From contig NMRA01000048.1 of the NCBI GenBank assembly GCA_002633005.1, positions 562,303 to 626,302 on the forward strand: a DNA stretch of 64,000 nucleotides, written 5' to 3'. Every line of letters starts with the position of its first letter. Position 1 is the stretch's first letter. The notes beneath the pieces are model-generated. The model saw only the letters and a list, made by a program, of their open reading frames with translations. It searched no databases and was not told the origin of the DNA. The stretch is from Phoronis australis. Its lineage: Eukaryota; Animalia; Phoronida. Shown piece after piece: positions 33,401 through 46,978 of the stretch. Position numbers and translations under genes: made by a program.

Positions 33401-36400
33401 TTTCTTCCATGCGGACGCAACCCAGACCGACGCTTTGTTGACTGGCGGACTTCACTCCGCCGGCGTCAGGCAAGCTTCGCATAAGCTTCTCAACACCATC
33501 CCAAATGTGATTGCTCCCTTCTGCCTCATATGTCCTGAAAGAATTAAAACGGTATACGCAATGCCAAAATGCAAACACACACAAGCTATTGAAGTAATTC
33601 AAATCGAAAAAGCACTCTAAAGGTTTATTAATTCTGGCTACTAATTATCTGAGAGATTGACACAAAACTTACTCTTGTGAAATTATCCCGTAGCACACAC
33701 TTATTATAGTCCAAGTATGTTCAGGTATGATAACCCTCTTGTGGTTTTGCCAACAGTTCTGTTTTCCTTTTGTATACTGTCACGCATCACGGAGCGTCGG
33801 TCGCCAAGCTTTTGTGTGTAAAAGTATATAAAACGTTGCAGTTTGCGGTCGTTGGCAAGATTCGGCATAACACATCAATTGTCTTGAAAGTGCAAATGAA
33901 AGCATTGATCGCCGGTCAAGTACGCTTGAAAACTAGGAACTATGTTGGTTCTTAGCTGAATACATTTTGTGATACAACTCCAACAAAAAGTGTTGCGTAA
34001 CCAATTGAAAACTGCACGTCAAACATGACAAGTAAGACAGAATAGTAACAGAACATACATTATCTCTCAACAACAAATTTGATAACGGCGCAAAGACAAC
34101 GCAATAGGACAGTAATCGTTATTTGATTCGACAGTTTCATTAAATAGTATTTTGTATGGTTTGCGTTTGAAAAAAGCAGCCTTAAACTTACAAAACATCG
34201 ACGCTGACTGGAGATTAAAAACCAAATAGTTCAGAACTGCCCCTCTCAGGTAAACTGAGAAAAAAGTTGATTGGCTCAAATATGGGTCTCCAGTCACCAA
34301 CTACTGTGAAGTGGCCAAAGCAATGGAATTGTCGTCAACAGCCGACATCATGGAACTGGGACGCCAACGCACGGTGCCGGTGTGAAAGATCATGCTCGCC
34401 CTAAAAGACGAGACAGAGAGAAACCATGCAGAACTGCGGAGATCCTTGGCTGCGTGATGATACTTGTACAGCCAAAGGGCATTCACTACTTGCAAACTTT
34501 GGTGGTGCTGCAAAACATGATTGTTGAGCATTAGTTGTTGTTTAGGACACATTGCCTTGTTTTAGCATTAATTTTAACCATGCGTTTGCATGCAAACGTG
34601 AAAGAGCGCGCGTTAATCGAAACATGCAGCCATTGTAGTTTGGACACAACACCTCGTTCTTAAGCATGATGGCGAATTCGTGCAAAGAAGTGAATAAATG
34701 CCAGACACATAAGAAACTGAACAATTTCGCCAGTGTTTGTCGCTCCTCGCTACTTGAAACTCCGGCGAAAATGCAGTTGCCCAAACAGGGACAACGACAG
34801 CAAACCACAGGCAAATCAAAACATGTAAACCAGCTTGCTCGCAATGAAACACGTCACCGTGATAGCGACTGCGACGATGGCAACTCCTGCCTGTTTGCGC
34901 TCGAGGTACATGAAGATCGAGTCCAGAAGGCGGTTTGATTCACGATCACGCCATGACTGACTATCGTGCAGACATTAACATTATCGACAAAAGAGACTTC
35001 GACGACACATGGCTCGCTTTATACCGACCGATTAATGAATCTACACTTGGGAAATTCCGAGCCATTGTCAACGTGAATACACCCCAGTCAGATGAACTCC
35101 CAAACCTGTTTTCTAGCTTAGGCAAGTTCAAAGATGTTAAGGTGAAACTTCGTATCAACCCTTCTGTTAAGGTGAAGCTTCGTATCGACNTGGACAAAGC
35201 CTTTTCAATTTAGCCGGTGGAGCGTGAGACCCCTGAGGTCCCAATCGAGTCCTCACGACAACTTCGCGTTATGTGTTAAGGTGAAACTTCGTATCAACCC
35301 TTCTGTTAAGGTGAAGCTTCGTATCGACCCTTCTGTTAAGGTGAAACTTCGTATCGACCCGTCTGTCCAACCAGTGGTCCAGGGTCACCCGTCGTGTGCA
35401 TCCTTAGCAGCTGAGATGAATCTGAACTACTGAGGAATAAATAGGTTACCAGGAGCTGAGTCTCTCAATCAGGAAGCTGTTCTCTAAAGTATTCACGCGT
35501 ACTTTTACTTGTTTTTTAGTTGTTTATAATTACAATTGTAAACAACTATTTGAGTAAGCGCTATCATGTAAACTCTGGACTGAATTAAGATAATGCTACT
35601 TATCGTTTGTGGGAAAATAAATTTGACTTGACCGCCATAAAAAATGTGAATTTTTGCTGTATTTGGTTTCCGTTGTTCACTGCAACCAGTTTACTCATGC
35701 GTTTATACAGCTAGATTCTAACCATTTGTGCATTTATTCCAGATCCCAAGGAACTTAGATTTCCATTAATGGAAAAAGCCCTTCACCATTACAAGGACCA
35801 ATCTCAAGCACCAGAACTATTACGCACATGTGGTGAAAAAATAAAGAATGCCGACGCCTTCGTAATTGTCACCTGCGAATACAACCACGCTATACCACCT
35901 GCTCTGGTGAATCTCCTTGACTACTTCGAATTAAGCCTGTATTCTTATAAGCCAAGTGGGATCGTTTGTTATTCAGCTGGTAAGTAAAAAAATAAGTTTT
36001 TAAATATGTTTATTGCATTCACAGTCATGACCGTGAGTACAGAGATAACAATGTAATATGAATTAACTATTTGTTTATACACAACCGTATTTTATAACAA
36101 AACGTTCACACTGACTGAAATATCGTATAATGGTCAAATGAATAAAGATCACATTATCAGACAAGAAGTAATCCTACAGGGATCCATCTTGTATCTAAAT
36201 GGTTCGAATATTCCAGTATGTGGACCTTTTACTGAAAACTGAAACGGAGACAAAGGAGACAAAAAAAAACGGGGTTCTACGTTGAGACCTGTGAATTGTG
36301 CATTCGTGCTGAATTCTTGTGGACTTTTTTCTCGTTTTCTCGGGCTTTTTGTTTCTCAGAGGCGGACCTTTTTGCCCACTTCGCCAAATGGGAGAGGGGG

Positions 36401-36997
36401 CTCATTCGAGCCCTCGAGCCCACTCTGGGTGCGCGCATGGATTTTGTGTCTGCAGAATGCGGTATTGTGAACTTGGCGGCCGTCACAATAACTTCTTCTA
36501 TTGTCACAAACTACAAAAACTGGAACGCTGTTTGAGCCTCGTTCAGGAGTAATGTCCATCTTTGGCATGGGCCTGTTAAGAGTCAGGGACTTCCAGGATA
36601 TATATGTTCTTCTCCATCTGTTGGCTGCAAATGTACATCCTCTGGTTGATTTCATCTTGCTTGACTGACCCCACAAATTTCTTGTTGTAAAAAGGTCAAT
36701 TGCACGTTAGAATGTTTAAACTGCTGGTTTTTACTGATTTCTTTAATTTCGAATGTATTTTTAGGCCAGTACGGCGGAATGAGGGCAGCGATGCCTCTGA
36801 GAGCCATGTTGGGTGAACTGGGATGTATCAGTGTGTCCAACATATTTGGCATACCCGTCGTGTACGAAGCTCTGAACGAGGACGGGGAGCCATTGAATGA
36901 ACACATGGAGAAGGGGGCCAAAATGATGATCACCCAGTTGGACTGGATGGCGCATGCCATGAAGAATCACCGAGTGGCGCACGGTGTGCCACAGTAG
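30416..36997 (+). CDS. NAD(P)H-dependent FMN/quinone reductase (FMN_red family), copy 1, join(30416..30536,35743..35979,36765..36997), 196 aa; in-frame upstream ATG at 30362
   Basis: Flavodoxin-fold motifs VMFLGSVREGR, ADAFVIVTCEYNHAIPPALVNLLD, KPSGIVCYSAGQYGGMRAAMPLR; two phase-1 GT-AG introns. Confidence 0.93.
30732..30990 (+). mobile_element. hAT-like MITE family with CAGTGGCGGAT(C/T)TAGG terminus
   Basis: The same terminus and G-tract occur at 61315-61592, 62024-62318 and ~44975. Right boundary approximate. Confidence 0.55.
31297..31353. promoter_or_regulatory. Conserved intronic block with ARE-like (Nrf2/CncC-sMaf) motif
   Basis: AATTTTGCTGAATCAC (TGCTGAATCAC at 31315-31325); the block is nearly identical to 49848-49903 in paralog 2. 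Confidence 0.5.
34240..35400 (+). mobile_element. Degenerate Ty3/Gypsy (Mag-like) gag-protease remnant with internal 30-bp duplications
   Basis: KEVNKCQTHKKLNNFASVCRS (decayed gag knuckle) and LGKFKDVKVKLRI(N/D)PSVQPVVQ (linker preceding RT); many stops and frameshifts. Confidence 0.55.
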
Positions 36998-37084
36998 TTC
37001 CTTAACATATTTGTTGTCATGGAGTTTAAAAGTTTCTTATTACGTTTGCTACATTACTGTATCAATGAACAGTTTGTTGTTTCA

Positions 37085-37475
37085 TGACTAAAGTTTGACT
37101 AGGGATTTGTAAGTTTAGTCACATTTTAATCAAATTATTTTCACAACTGGGACGCACCATAGCGCAAACCATGACTAGACATTCAGGATATTTAGCCATT
37201 GACTAGAGTTTCATAAAATTTTGTCATTGACTTGAGTTTCATACTTTTTATCCATTGACTAGAGTTTCAGGACATTTAATCAGTGAGTAGAGATATTTAC
37301 TCATTTGACTAAAGTTTCACACCGTTTAGTCATTGACTAGAGCTTTTAGTACGTCCCAAATAAGCAAATGAAGTGACTAGAGCTCTAATCACTGAGTAAT
37401 GATCTAGTTATAACTAGAGGTGAAGCCTATTTAGTCATGACTAGAGTTTTAGTCACAAATTGTTTCCGTGCAGTG
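37085..37475. repeat. TAGTCA/TGACTAG-rich element in the 3' flank of reductase copy 1 (homologous to 55160-55550)
   Basis: Dense palindromic TAGTCATGACTAG sub-repeats ending TTGTTTCCGTGCAGTGTA; related sequence at 56330-56470. Confidence 0.65.
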
Positions 37476-38286
37476 TATTGAAGCACCAAATGATACATTT
37501 GTTACTGTAGTGGGAATTGAAAAGAAAGCAACGTACGCTAATTGTGACAGTCTCTGTTTGAATCGTATTAATGATAATGGTGATTAGACACAGAAACATA
37601 ATAAAACACTTTTTACTCACGAGTTACGAGCTGTATCCCAACAACTACCGTGCGTGACCTTTAAATAGTTTCTTTGAAGACAAGTGAGTCCAATTAAGTC
37701 AAGGATGTGCAATCCATCAGTATACAAACTAAACGCTAAACGAATACAAATTTGCCTTTATATAAAAGTGTGTGTGGGGGGGGGGGGGGGGNGTGGGTGT
37801 GTCTGTGCGTCTGTGTCTCTCTGTGTGTGGCGGTGTGCGTGCGCGCGCGCGTGTAAATTCAAGACTATAGTCGAACTAAACTTTACAACTGATCTGACTT
37901 CCCTCACATGATGCGACTGAATCTGTTCTCAACTTTGTCCACAACTTGTCCAGTGCCAAAATGCCGAATGCTCGAAATGGCGACACAATTTCTTGTTTTA
38001 CTTTTTACTTTTCTGAGACTGATACGCTATCTTTAAGTGAACTATAGTTTTAAATAAGGGATCGTATTTCCATTAGTACGAACATTTACAACGAAAAGCC
38101 TTTGTGTGGACCTTTCGCACTGAGGTTCAATATGTGATGTTCGTGCACCAGATGTAAACACATGTTAACTGTTAATTTCTGTTGAGCAAAGTTGGTTATT
38201 GTCTTTGAAGGTGCTGAGTTGTCTGAATCTGTCAATATGATTGATGTCAACGTTGACTGCTGTAAAATCTATGGTGCCGTAAATCT

Positions 38287-38742
38287 TTTTTTTTTGTCAA
38301 AAAGTTTTATTGTTATCGTAATGCAAATACAATAAAGCCAAACAGTATAAACATTCGCGCGCACAGTCACGCTCACATTCATACACAGGGGGGCCATTGG
38401 TTGTATGTAGTATAAATTAAAATAAAGGTGCTAGAGGGGCCCATCGTTCCTCGAAGTCGAGATACCTGCACTGGTTATAGTACATAACCTTTTCTACTTT
38501 GTAGTAATCAAAAACAAAATGTTTAAAAAGTGCAAAACATGGTTCTACATTCTGAAGTCTTTGCTTGTGTATGTGGTACTTGCCTAAACATAAAAGTAGA
38601 TTTATGATTTTTGGTCCATTAAAGGAGCCAAAAATTACGTCAAAATGATCAAGTTTCATATCAATTCCGCAGAGATTTTTTATCCAGTTTTCAACAATTT
38701 TCCAAAAACTTTGGACACGTAAACAAGACCAATACAAATGAA
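38287..38742 (-). mobile_element. 5'-truncated L1/Tx1-type LINE with poly(A) tail and 16-bp TSD
   Basis: ORF2 C-terminus HLYWSCLRVQSFWKIVENW...LLLCLGKYHIHK..FEERW, then AATAAA (minus, 38306-38311) and an A tail. TSD ATGGTGCCGTAAATCT at 38271-38286 and 38743-38758. Confidence 0.88.
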
Positions 38743-40656
38743 ATGGTGCCGTAAATCTGGTATGTTGTACCGGCGTGGTCGATAACGGGGCGACCAGTTG
38801 GAGTATGTCCACTTGAGTACTCGCTGCATTTTATGTTCACCCACACTGCTGGCATCTAAATCAAAATTTGTTTTTGTGATGGAAGGCTGGCTTATCGCCA
38901 AATTAAACATTTCACTACAAATATTCGTTAACTTAGTGCTTGGCCATCACATTTACTAACTTAAATCATGAATTTTGATCTATTGAAAATTGGTTTCACT
39001 CACGACTTAAAAAAACTGCACTGGTGAGGATAATTCACCTCGTCAAAAATACATTTTACCCTTAAAATTGTCATGTAACACAGCGATTTACGGGAATTAA
39101 GATGACTTTGGAGAAGAATTCCAGTACCACTTTTTTAGTCACCGTTAACTTTTTCAGTAAGCCGGGGCACGATGATGCGGGCCAGTTAAGCAAGCCGAGG
39201 ACACTAAGCGGCGCGAACCCCCGCCCCCCCAAAAACGAGTCACGCGCAGGGGCAGACAGGATGGGGGCAGGGCAGAGTCATAGCCAGGATTTTGCCCGTC
39301 AGACATTCGCACCCCCGAACAAACATACATCCTGGATTTTGAGTTAGGGCCGGGGCCGGGGCAGAGTATTTGCCAGAGGATTCGCATCCCCGAACTGCCA
39401 AATGGAATCTGGGAGAATTTCAGGGGGCCCCATGGCTCTTGCTCCCCCCCCCCTTAAATACGCCACTGCATCGCCCCGCTAGGCAATACGTAGCCCCTCG
39501 GTTGGCCGGTTAGGGACAATGACTTCCCATCGCTTTCTGTACGCATTTCGTTCCATGTATTTTAAACGGGCGGTAAGCCAAATCCGGCCACCGATTTTAT
39601 GTTTTCACCTCGTCAAAAATACATTCTACACTCAAAACTATCACTTGAGCTTACTTTCTTCAGTGGTCCTTTCTGCTTCTACACATATCTTCGATGAAAC
39701 ATATCTACTAGAATTAAGGTGACTTAGGAGAAGAATTACAACTTCACTTTTGGTCACTGTTAACTCGAATTTCTGGCGATGTGGACCTTTTTCTGACAAT
39801 AAAGCGGGATGACTAAAAAACTTGAAACGGAGCACCACCCTCACTGTGACTGTGCGTCTGCGCCTTTTAGTGGACTTTTGTCTCGTTCTCTCGGACTTTT
39901 TGTTTCCCTGAGGCAGACCTTTCTGCCCATTTCGCCAAATAGGGGGAGGGGCTCGTTCGAGCCCCCCGAGCCCCCCCCCTGGGTGCGCGCATGCAGAGAT
40001 GCCGTGAATAATACGCCTACACGAAAGTCACGTATTTGTAAAGAAATGCGTGATTTTTCACCGCTCGTCCAGAGCGGCTTTTACCGGGATCAAAGAGAGC
40101 GCGGTGCCAGAGTCGGACTCGGTTGCGATGACCGCATTGTCCGGTGCGATTATAACCTGTAGTAAACACCTCTGCCTGCACATACTGGCGAATTTTCAAA
40201 ATGTATTAACCAACAGTTTTCGTTAGGAACAAATACTACAGCTGTATTCAGATGGAAAAAAACAACCAAGTCTGGTTTTCGATTTTTAAAAATCGATGAT
40301 CTGTTAAGCTAAAAACTACAAGCATTGGGTACGATTAAAGATAAACGACTGTGCGTATTGATATACTCGGTGATTTTCAAACGCTTATCAGAGTTAACAA
40401 TATCACGTGGCTATTCTTTCAATATAAGCTACAATGAAACATCTATGAATGACAACGCACAGTGACTAAATTAGATGTCAATAATTTTTAAAACATCGCT
40501 TATGGCCCAGTGCATTACGAACTACTTTACTCTAGGGGTAGTACCGCACTAACCGGAAAACTGCTATTCGCGGAAAAGCGCCAATTTTAATAGTTAGCTT
40601 GTAATTGTAATGGAACACCTGTGAAGACAACTAAGATAGCTAGCTTTGTAGACAAC

Positions 40657-43600
40657 GAGAGAGAGAGAGAGAGAGAAAACGCTTTTATTTACAGTACATA
40701 ATAATAATACATTGATTAAAATTTGATTTCAATTAGGAGTACTTCTAAAGGTAATTGACCGCTGATAAGAAGGTCCCCTGTACAAGATAAACAAATGGAA
40801 ATGCAAAAATCAGTAGGAGTACTTAAGAAAACAGTGAATTAGTGCAGAGAACGACCGACACGCCAGGAACCAAGAAGTAAACTGGCACAGCTCAGGAGAT
40901 TTTGATAATACAATTAGATACTGTTACATATGAAGCAATTGGAAATATGACAAACTGGATCGTAGTTGCTAATAATAAAATTGGTTAAGAACCTGGAGAA
41001 TGCTTGCAAAGAATGCGTTTTTATTATATTTAGAGCAGAGACTGGTATTTCGTTGTTGTTTATAAGTCGAGGAATCTGAAATCTAATACAGGCTCTTGAT
41101 GACAATTTGTTGGACGGAGGAATTAAAATTTTGTGTTGTATTGTCGGTATAGTAGCTGAGTATTGATTCAGGTATGTAGGAGTTTTAATTTGTCTGGTTG
41201 GCTTATATTGGATGGGTTTAATAAAGAAGTTGTTAGTGTAAAAATACTTAGGAAGTTGATTATTGAGGAATTTGTAGTAAAATTTTGCAGTTGAGATTTT
41301 AAAGATGTCTTGAACTAGAGGGAGGCGAAGTTCCTTACATATGGGCAGAGAGTGAGCATTATAACTGGAATTTGATATATTCCTAAGTATTCTTTTCTGG
41401 GCTGTTTGAAGTTTCTTAGTGTTGCCAAAACCCCAAGTAGTAATGCCATAGTTTAAATGTGGAAGGACAAGTGAATTATATATCAACTTGAGAGCTGGAA
41501 GAGGAAGATAAGATTTCAATTTGTATAAGAGTCCACCGAGATTGTTAAGTTTGTTTGAGATGAGGTTAATGTGGGGGGACCATGAGAGGTTTTTGTCAAC
41601 AGTAATACCGAGGAAAGGAAAACTGCTCACATGATATATTGTTTTGCTATTTATATAGATGGTGGGAATAATACATTTTTCAATTTTCTTTTGGGGGTAG
41701 TGGAAGATCATTAATTTACTTTTTGATGTGTTAATTGAAAGTTTGTTCACAGAAAACCAGTCTGAAATAGATTTAAGGTTGTTGTTGATGGTGGTTGATT
41801 GCTGTAAAGTGTGTTGGGAAGATTCAGTCAGTTTGTAAGGTGTGACGAGGCAAGTGTCGTCAGCATAAAGAAGTGTGTCCATGGGAGAAGAAAACGAAAG
41901 ATCATTTATGTAAACTAGGAAGAGAAGTGGGCCTAGGACAGAGCCTTGGGGAACCCCGGTAGATATTGGTAACCAACTGGAAGTTGTATCACTTAGTGAA
42001 ACATATTGGGTGCGGTTTGAGAGATAACTTTTAAACAGTGTATATTCAACTCCAGTAATACCATAGTGATTTATCTTTTGCAAGAGTATTTGGTGGTCTA
42101 TTGTGTCGAAAGCTTTCGAGAGATCTAGAAAGATGACCAGGGGATTCATGTCATTATCAAGATGGGAACAAATGCGGTCTAAAAGTTCAAGCGAAGCAAG
42201 TTCTGTAGAGTGACATTTCCTGAAACCATATTGATGTTTATTAAGTATATCATTTTCATTTAGGAAAGTTGAAAGTTGATTATGGATAATTTTTTCTATA
42301 ATTTTTGAGATTGTTGGAAGAATAGAAATGGGTCTATAATTGCCCGGGTGCTCTGGGTCCAAACCATGTTGTTTAAAAACTGGGATCACCTTAGCAATCT
42401 TTAGAGCATCGGGAAATATACCAGTGTGTAAGCACTGGTTGATGATGGTCGTGAGAGGTTCAATTATAAAAGGACTGCTTATTTTGATAATTTCAGATGA
42501 TAAATTGTCATGACCAGTGCTATTTTTTGCGTCCATGTCTTTTATAATATCTAGTACATGTTTATTATTAATTGGTTTGAAAGAGAACTTAAATTTGTTT
42601 GGCGTGGGAAGATAGTCTTTGAAATTCTTGTTTTTTATCATAGTTATTGATTCAGAAAGGGATGGGCCGATTTGGGTAAAGTAGGTGTTGAATAAACTTG
42701 CCATTTCGGGTAGGTCACTGGTTTTAGTGTTATCTGAACGTAAGAGACATTCTGGGGTGTCATTTTTTGTTCGAACGCCGTTGTTCATAACTGTCTTTAT
42801 TGTATCCCATGTTTTATTTATGTCAGACTTCCCTTTTTCGAATGTGTCATAATAGTAAGATTGCTTGGCGGAATCAATAGTTTTTTTGAGAATCTTGTTG
42901 TAGACTTTAAGATTGTTGTGGCATGTAGCGTAGGATTGTGTGTTGCGAGGGGTTGTCTTGGTTTGTTTGTACAGTTTATCTCGGTAACGAATGGAAATTA
43001 AAATACCAGGTGTAATCCACGAGTTAAGCGCGTGTTTGTGTTTATTATATCTAACATTTTTGGACCAAAGTGTTTTTTCGTGAGATATGTCAAAGTATCA
43101 CTGAGTATTGCGTAGTTGTGATTGGGGTCACAATCTAGGCTGCGGTCTAGCTTTTCCATGATATTGCAGTTCCGTAAGCTATTGAGAAAGTGAGTTTTTG
43201 TTTGCGGTGTGTAAGAATATTTTGAGACGAAAGTAGGGCGTTTAGGGTGGATTTTCTTTATCGATTTTGAAGCAATGAAGATAGGACAGTGGTCTGAAAT
43301 CGAAGAGAGAAGAATACCAGAGTGTGTATGTATGTGACCGTATGATGTTGATGTAAAGAAGTTATCTATTAAAGTTGCTGATGTGGGGCTAAGACGTGTA
43401 GGGTATGTAATTGAAGGTCTTAAATTGTAATTTGTCATAAAATCCAGGAATGTTTGAACTTTATTATTTGTTTGTGTCTCTAGAAGATTTAAGTTATAAT
43501 CTCCACCTAAAATCAGTGTTTTACGCTGATTTTGAAGGTTTTCGATGATGGGACAGAACTCTTCAATAAACACGTCAAAGGTTCTAACGAGTGAAGTCGG

Positions 43601-44149
43601 CGGTCTGTAAAAGTTACCGACGCAGATGCTTTTGTTGTTAATAGAGATAAAAGTGAGTAGGCCTTCGAACGTAGAATAAGTATCAAGAACTTGAATTTTT
43701 TTGACATGAAGATTATCATTTACGTAAGTGATAAGGCCACCGTGTGTTGAACATAAGCTAGATGCAGGTTTAGAGTACATGTTGTAACCGTCAATTTGAA
43801 AGACTGAAAGGCAGCTGGTCGTGGTTAACCATGATTCTTGTATTAAGATAATGTCGAAAAATAATTCTTTAGAGTGAATGTTGTGCAGGAATGATTCAAG
43901 TTGAGTGAATTTTGCGTTAAGTGATTGAATGTTAATACTTAACACGGTTAGACTTGATTTATTTAGTTCAAGAAAGTTTTTAACTCCTTCTGTATCAAAA
44001 TAATGGGATTTGGTAATTGGAGCCTCGGTGCAACATTCAAGGGACTTATATAAGAGACAGAAGTCTAGTGCATTCTCACCTCCATAACTAGATAATAGAG
44101 GAGCAGGATCAAGAGCTGCGCCAGCAGAAAACTGGCTTACGTTGGCCAT
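40657..44149 (-). mobile_element. Non-LTR retrotransposon (CR1/L2-group), APE endonuclease + reverse transcriptase ORF split by one frameshift, (TC)n 3' tail
   Basis: APE motifs NIQSL, IQESWL, GDYN, TLIDNFF, SDH (44149-43060). RT motifs NYRPISILP, QYGFR, FLDLSKAFDT, GVPQGSVLGP, YADD (ORF 42788-40914). AATAAA followed by a (TC)n tract at 40657-40676. Confidence 0.95.
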
Positions 44150-45206
44150 AAATGGATATTTACATGTGTTATTCTTTGATTGGTCCTAGGATATCGGTCG
44201 TCATATAAGTTCATTGAAATAGCGCACATGAAAAAATTCACAAGGGGTGGGTAAGATAAACGGATAAAAAGTTTAGACAAACTTAAACAGGCAAGATAGA
44301 TACTGAGAGAGTGCAAGCAGTGGACGAGGTTGGTCGATGGGCAAGAGCTGTGATTTCATTTTTCATGACTGAGGAAAAGCTAGAATAGTTATGTAGTTAC
44401 CGGCTGCGACTAGAATTGTCCAGAGGTTCCAAATCTTCAGTTTGGCTATATCATCATATTTGCACATTTGTATATATTTTATGATTTTAGTTCTAATAAA
44501 AATTAAAATTGAACTAATAGCACGTGTAGCTCTGTTTGCTGTGAATATTTTTGGTGTACCTGTAATCAGTGGAAAATTTAGGGATGGGTTCACAATTAAT
44601 TGACTTCTAAGTTGTTTTGGTGTTTCAGTTCACCACAAAATAAAAAGATAGCAACCCTAACCGGTAAGAAAAAAGCAAGTAGACAGGAGTATTAAAATAA
44701 AGTAATGAAAACACTTATGATGGTTAGGAACGGTCCGAAATAATGTGTGGGAGCGGGGCTGATCTTTTCTTAGCACATAATTACACGGTGTGGGGATACT
44801 ACAAAATGCCAACAAGTGCCTGGTGCTTGTTCGGGGGGACTTCAGATCCGTGAGAGAGGAATACCCTGTGTGAGAATATTTGAAAGTTGGCAATTCCGAG
44901 CGATGCACAGGAAAGGAACTGAGTTTGTGTTCTTTGCTTTTTAAATTACAACGTTCTCCCGTTGAATCTAACTCATTGGCGGATTTAGGGGGGGGGGGGN
45001 NNNNNNNNNNNNGGGGGGCTGGGGGTGAATACTAAAACAATACATAGGCCCTGAACAAACCCGTTTACCCTTTTTAGTCAAAAGGTCCGCAAACCCAAAA
45101 AATCGAGACATCTGCATCCCTACCTTTAATTTAGGCTGGGCGCGTGCATCTGCCAAAATTCTGGTTATTCCTATCCCCTGGCTCCCCTAACTCATACACA
45201 TAATGT

Positions 45207-46070
45207 ACCTAATTATCGGACGGAACCTAAATATCGGACATTTCAAAAAATCTTACTTGAAGCATAATCTGAGAATTAAATGACACCAATTTTTGTTCCG
45301 TTGTAATGCATTCAATGTCCGGCACTGTCTCGTTTTTTTAACAGCGTTGCCTCGTTTTGCTTTCACCGAGAGAGGGTGCAATTTAGACCCGCGGGCCCAA
45401 GTCGGCCTAAAATGGACGATCGCAAAAATCGGTAAAGTTGAAAATAAAATCTTTTTCCACAATGACACCATCTCATTGAACTGACAATATGTCACTGTTC
45501 CATTTTTTCGTTTGTTTTTAAACTCAAGTCAAACCCCGACCGCGCACGTGCGGGTGTCATATCAAGAAGCCTAATACCCTCTGACACAGCGCCACCTATA
45601 CTGCAAAGCACTGTGATGGAGTGTAGAAGCCTAAGTGATACTAAAAACTGCAGTGAGTTTGCACGTGCTTTAGTCGTCTGCACTAATTCATCGAAACGAC
45701 TTGGCGCCGTCATCAGATTTCATTTTATGGATAATTTTGTTGCGAATGGACCTGGGTTCTAGCAGCATATATGTCAAAACGCTCGAGCTGAAATTTGGCG
45801 ACAAGGTGCCCGCGGCCATTACATGGTTAGTCAGCCTCCCGTTCAGTAACGCTAGGACCAAGCTTAAAAGCAAGACTTTGCGAGATTACGCGAGATATTG
45901 CCGTGTATTTTAAATAAGAGCACGTGACCTTGACTAGCTTTTGGCTAGGTCCTAGCGTCTACTGAACGCACGCCAGTTTTCCGCGGTGTGGCCAAAGACG
46001 CTAACTCTCTACGGTCTCTGGTGTGGCATATGGAGAAACATGGTGTCCGATATTTAGGTTCTCCGAAAGT
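45207..46070. mobile_element. Probable non-autonomous DNA transposon with TIRs and a nested inverted repeat
   Basis: GAACCTAAATATCGGACA (~45223-45240) vs TGTCCGATATTTAGGTTC (46044-46061). Internal IR CGTTCAGTAACGCTAGGACC / GGTCCTAGCGTCTACTGAACG (45840-45968). Confidence 0.5.
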
Positions 46071-46229
46071 TTGGTTGTTGTGTTTTTTGAAGATCAGTCG
46101 GAACATAAACTGTCGCTTTCAGTGACAATAACAGAACAATTCCGTGAAGGTAAATCTTTATTTCAGCAAAGAATTTACAACAATCCGTAGTATTTTCAAT
46201 TAAATTTTATGCAAAATGTGCCAACTTAG

Positions 46230-46978
46230 AAANCTCATTCACATCCCTGGGGTAAAAAACAAGGCATCAGACTGCATGTCGCGCAGACCGTCTGGTCCAC
46301 TGAATCCAGCTAAACCACACCTCAAAGACGACATTGGATCAATCATACTAACAACCCACAACCACATTTTCGAATCTTCGAGCAATCAACAGATCACCGA
46401 AGACCTAGAAGACACGTTACAACAGGCATATTCAACAACCCTGGAGACCCTAACATCATGCAGTAACATGGGACCATGTCCGCACTTGCACAATAAGTGA
46501 TCCCGCATTAACTGAATTAGTAAACATGATCGAAACAGGAGATACCCCTAATTGCTACCAAGACTGGCCAGAGAATCTGCGTGAATATACTTCCAATTTC
46601 GAGATCACTTGTATACCATTGATGGAGTCATAATGTTCAAGGACCGTATCGTCATCCCCCTGTACTACGCGACAACTGCCTCCAAGCACTGCATGCCGCC
46701 CATCAAGGCGTATCAAAAATGACAGCTCGGGCAGAATCATCAATGTTTTGGCCTGGTATAACAAATGATATCACTCACATTCGCAATCGCTACGAACATT
46801 GCAATCGTATAGCACCATCTCAGCCAAGCGCGCCACCTGCTCCTCGAATGGAGCCATCATACCCGTTTCAGTGTATCTGTGCTGATTACTTCACCTACAA
46901 AGGAATAAATTATCTCGTCATTGTAGATAGATATTCCAACTGGCCAATTGTAGAACGCCCAGCCAATGGTGCAACTGG
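46230..46978 (+). mobile_element. Ty3/Gypsy pol fragment (RNase H end, integrase zinc-binding and core), frameshifted, truncated by gap
   Basis: IHIPGVKNKASDCMSR; HAAHQGVSKMTARAESSMFWPGITNDI; PFQCICADYFTYKGINYLVIVDRYSNWP. Confidence 0.88.

Noticed and set aside
33140-33620. Possible transposase C-terminal remnant (HIW..LP..EENG)
   Set aside because: Resemblance too weak to call without a profile search.
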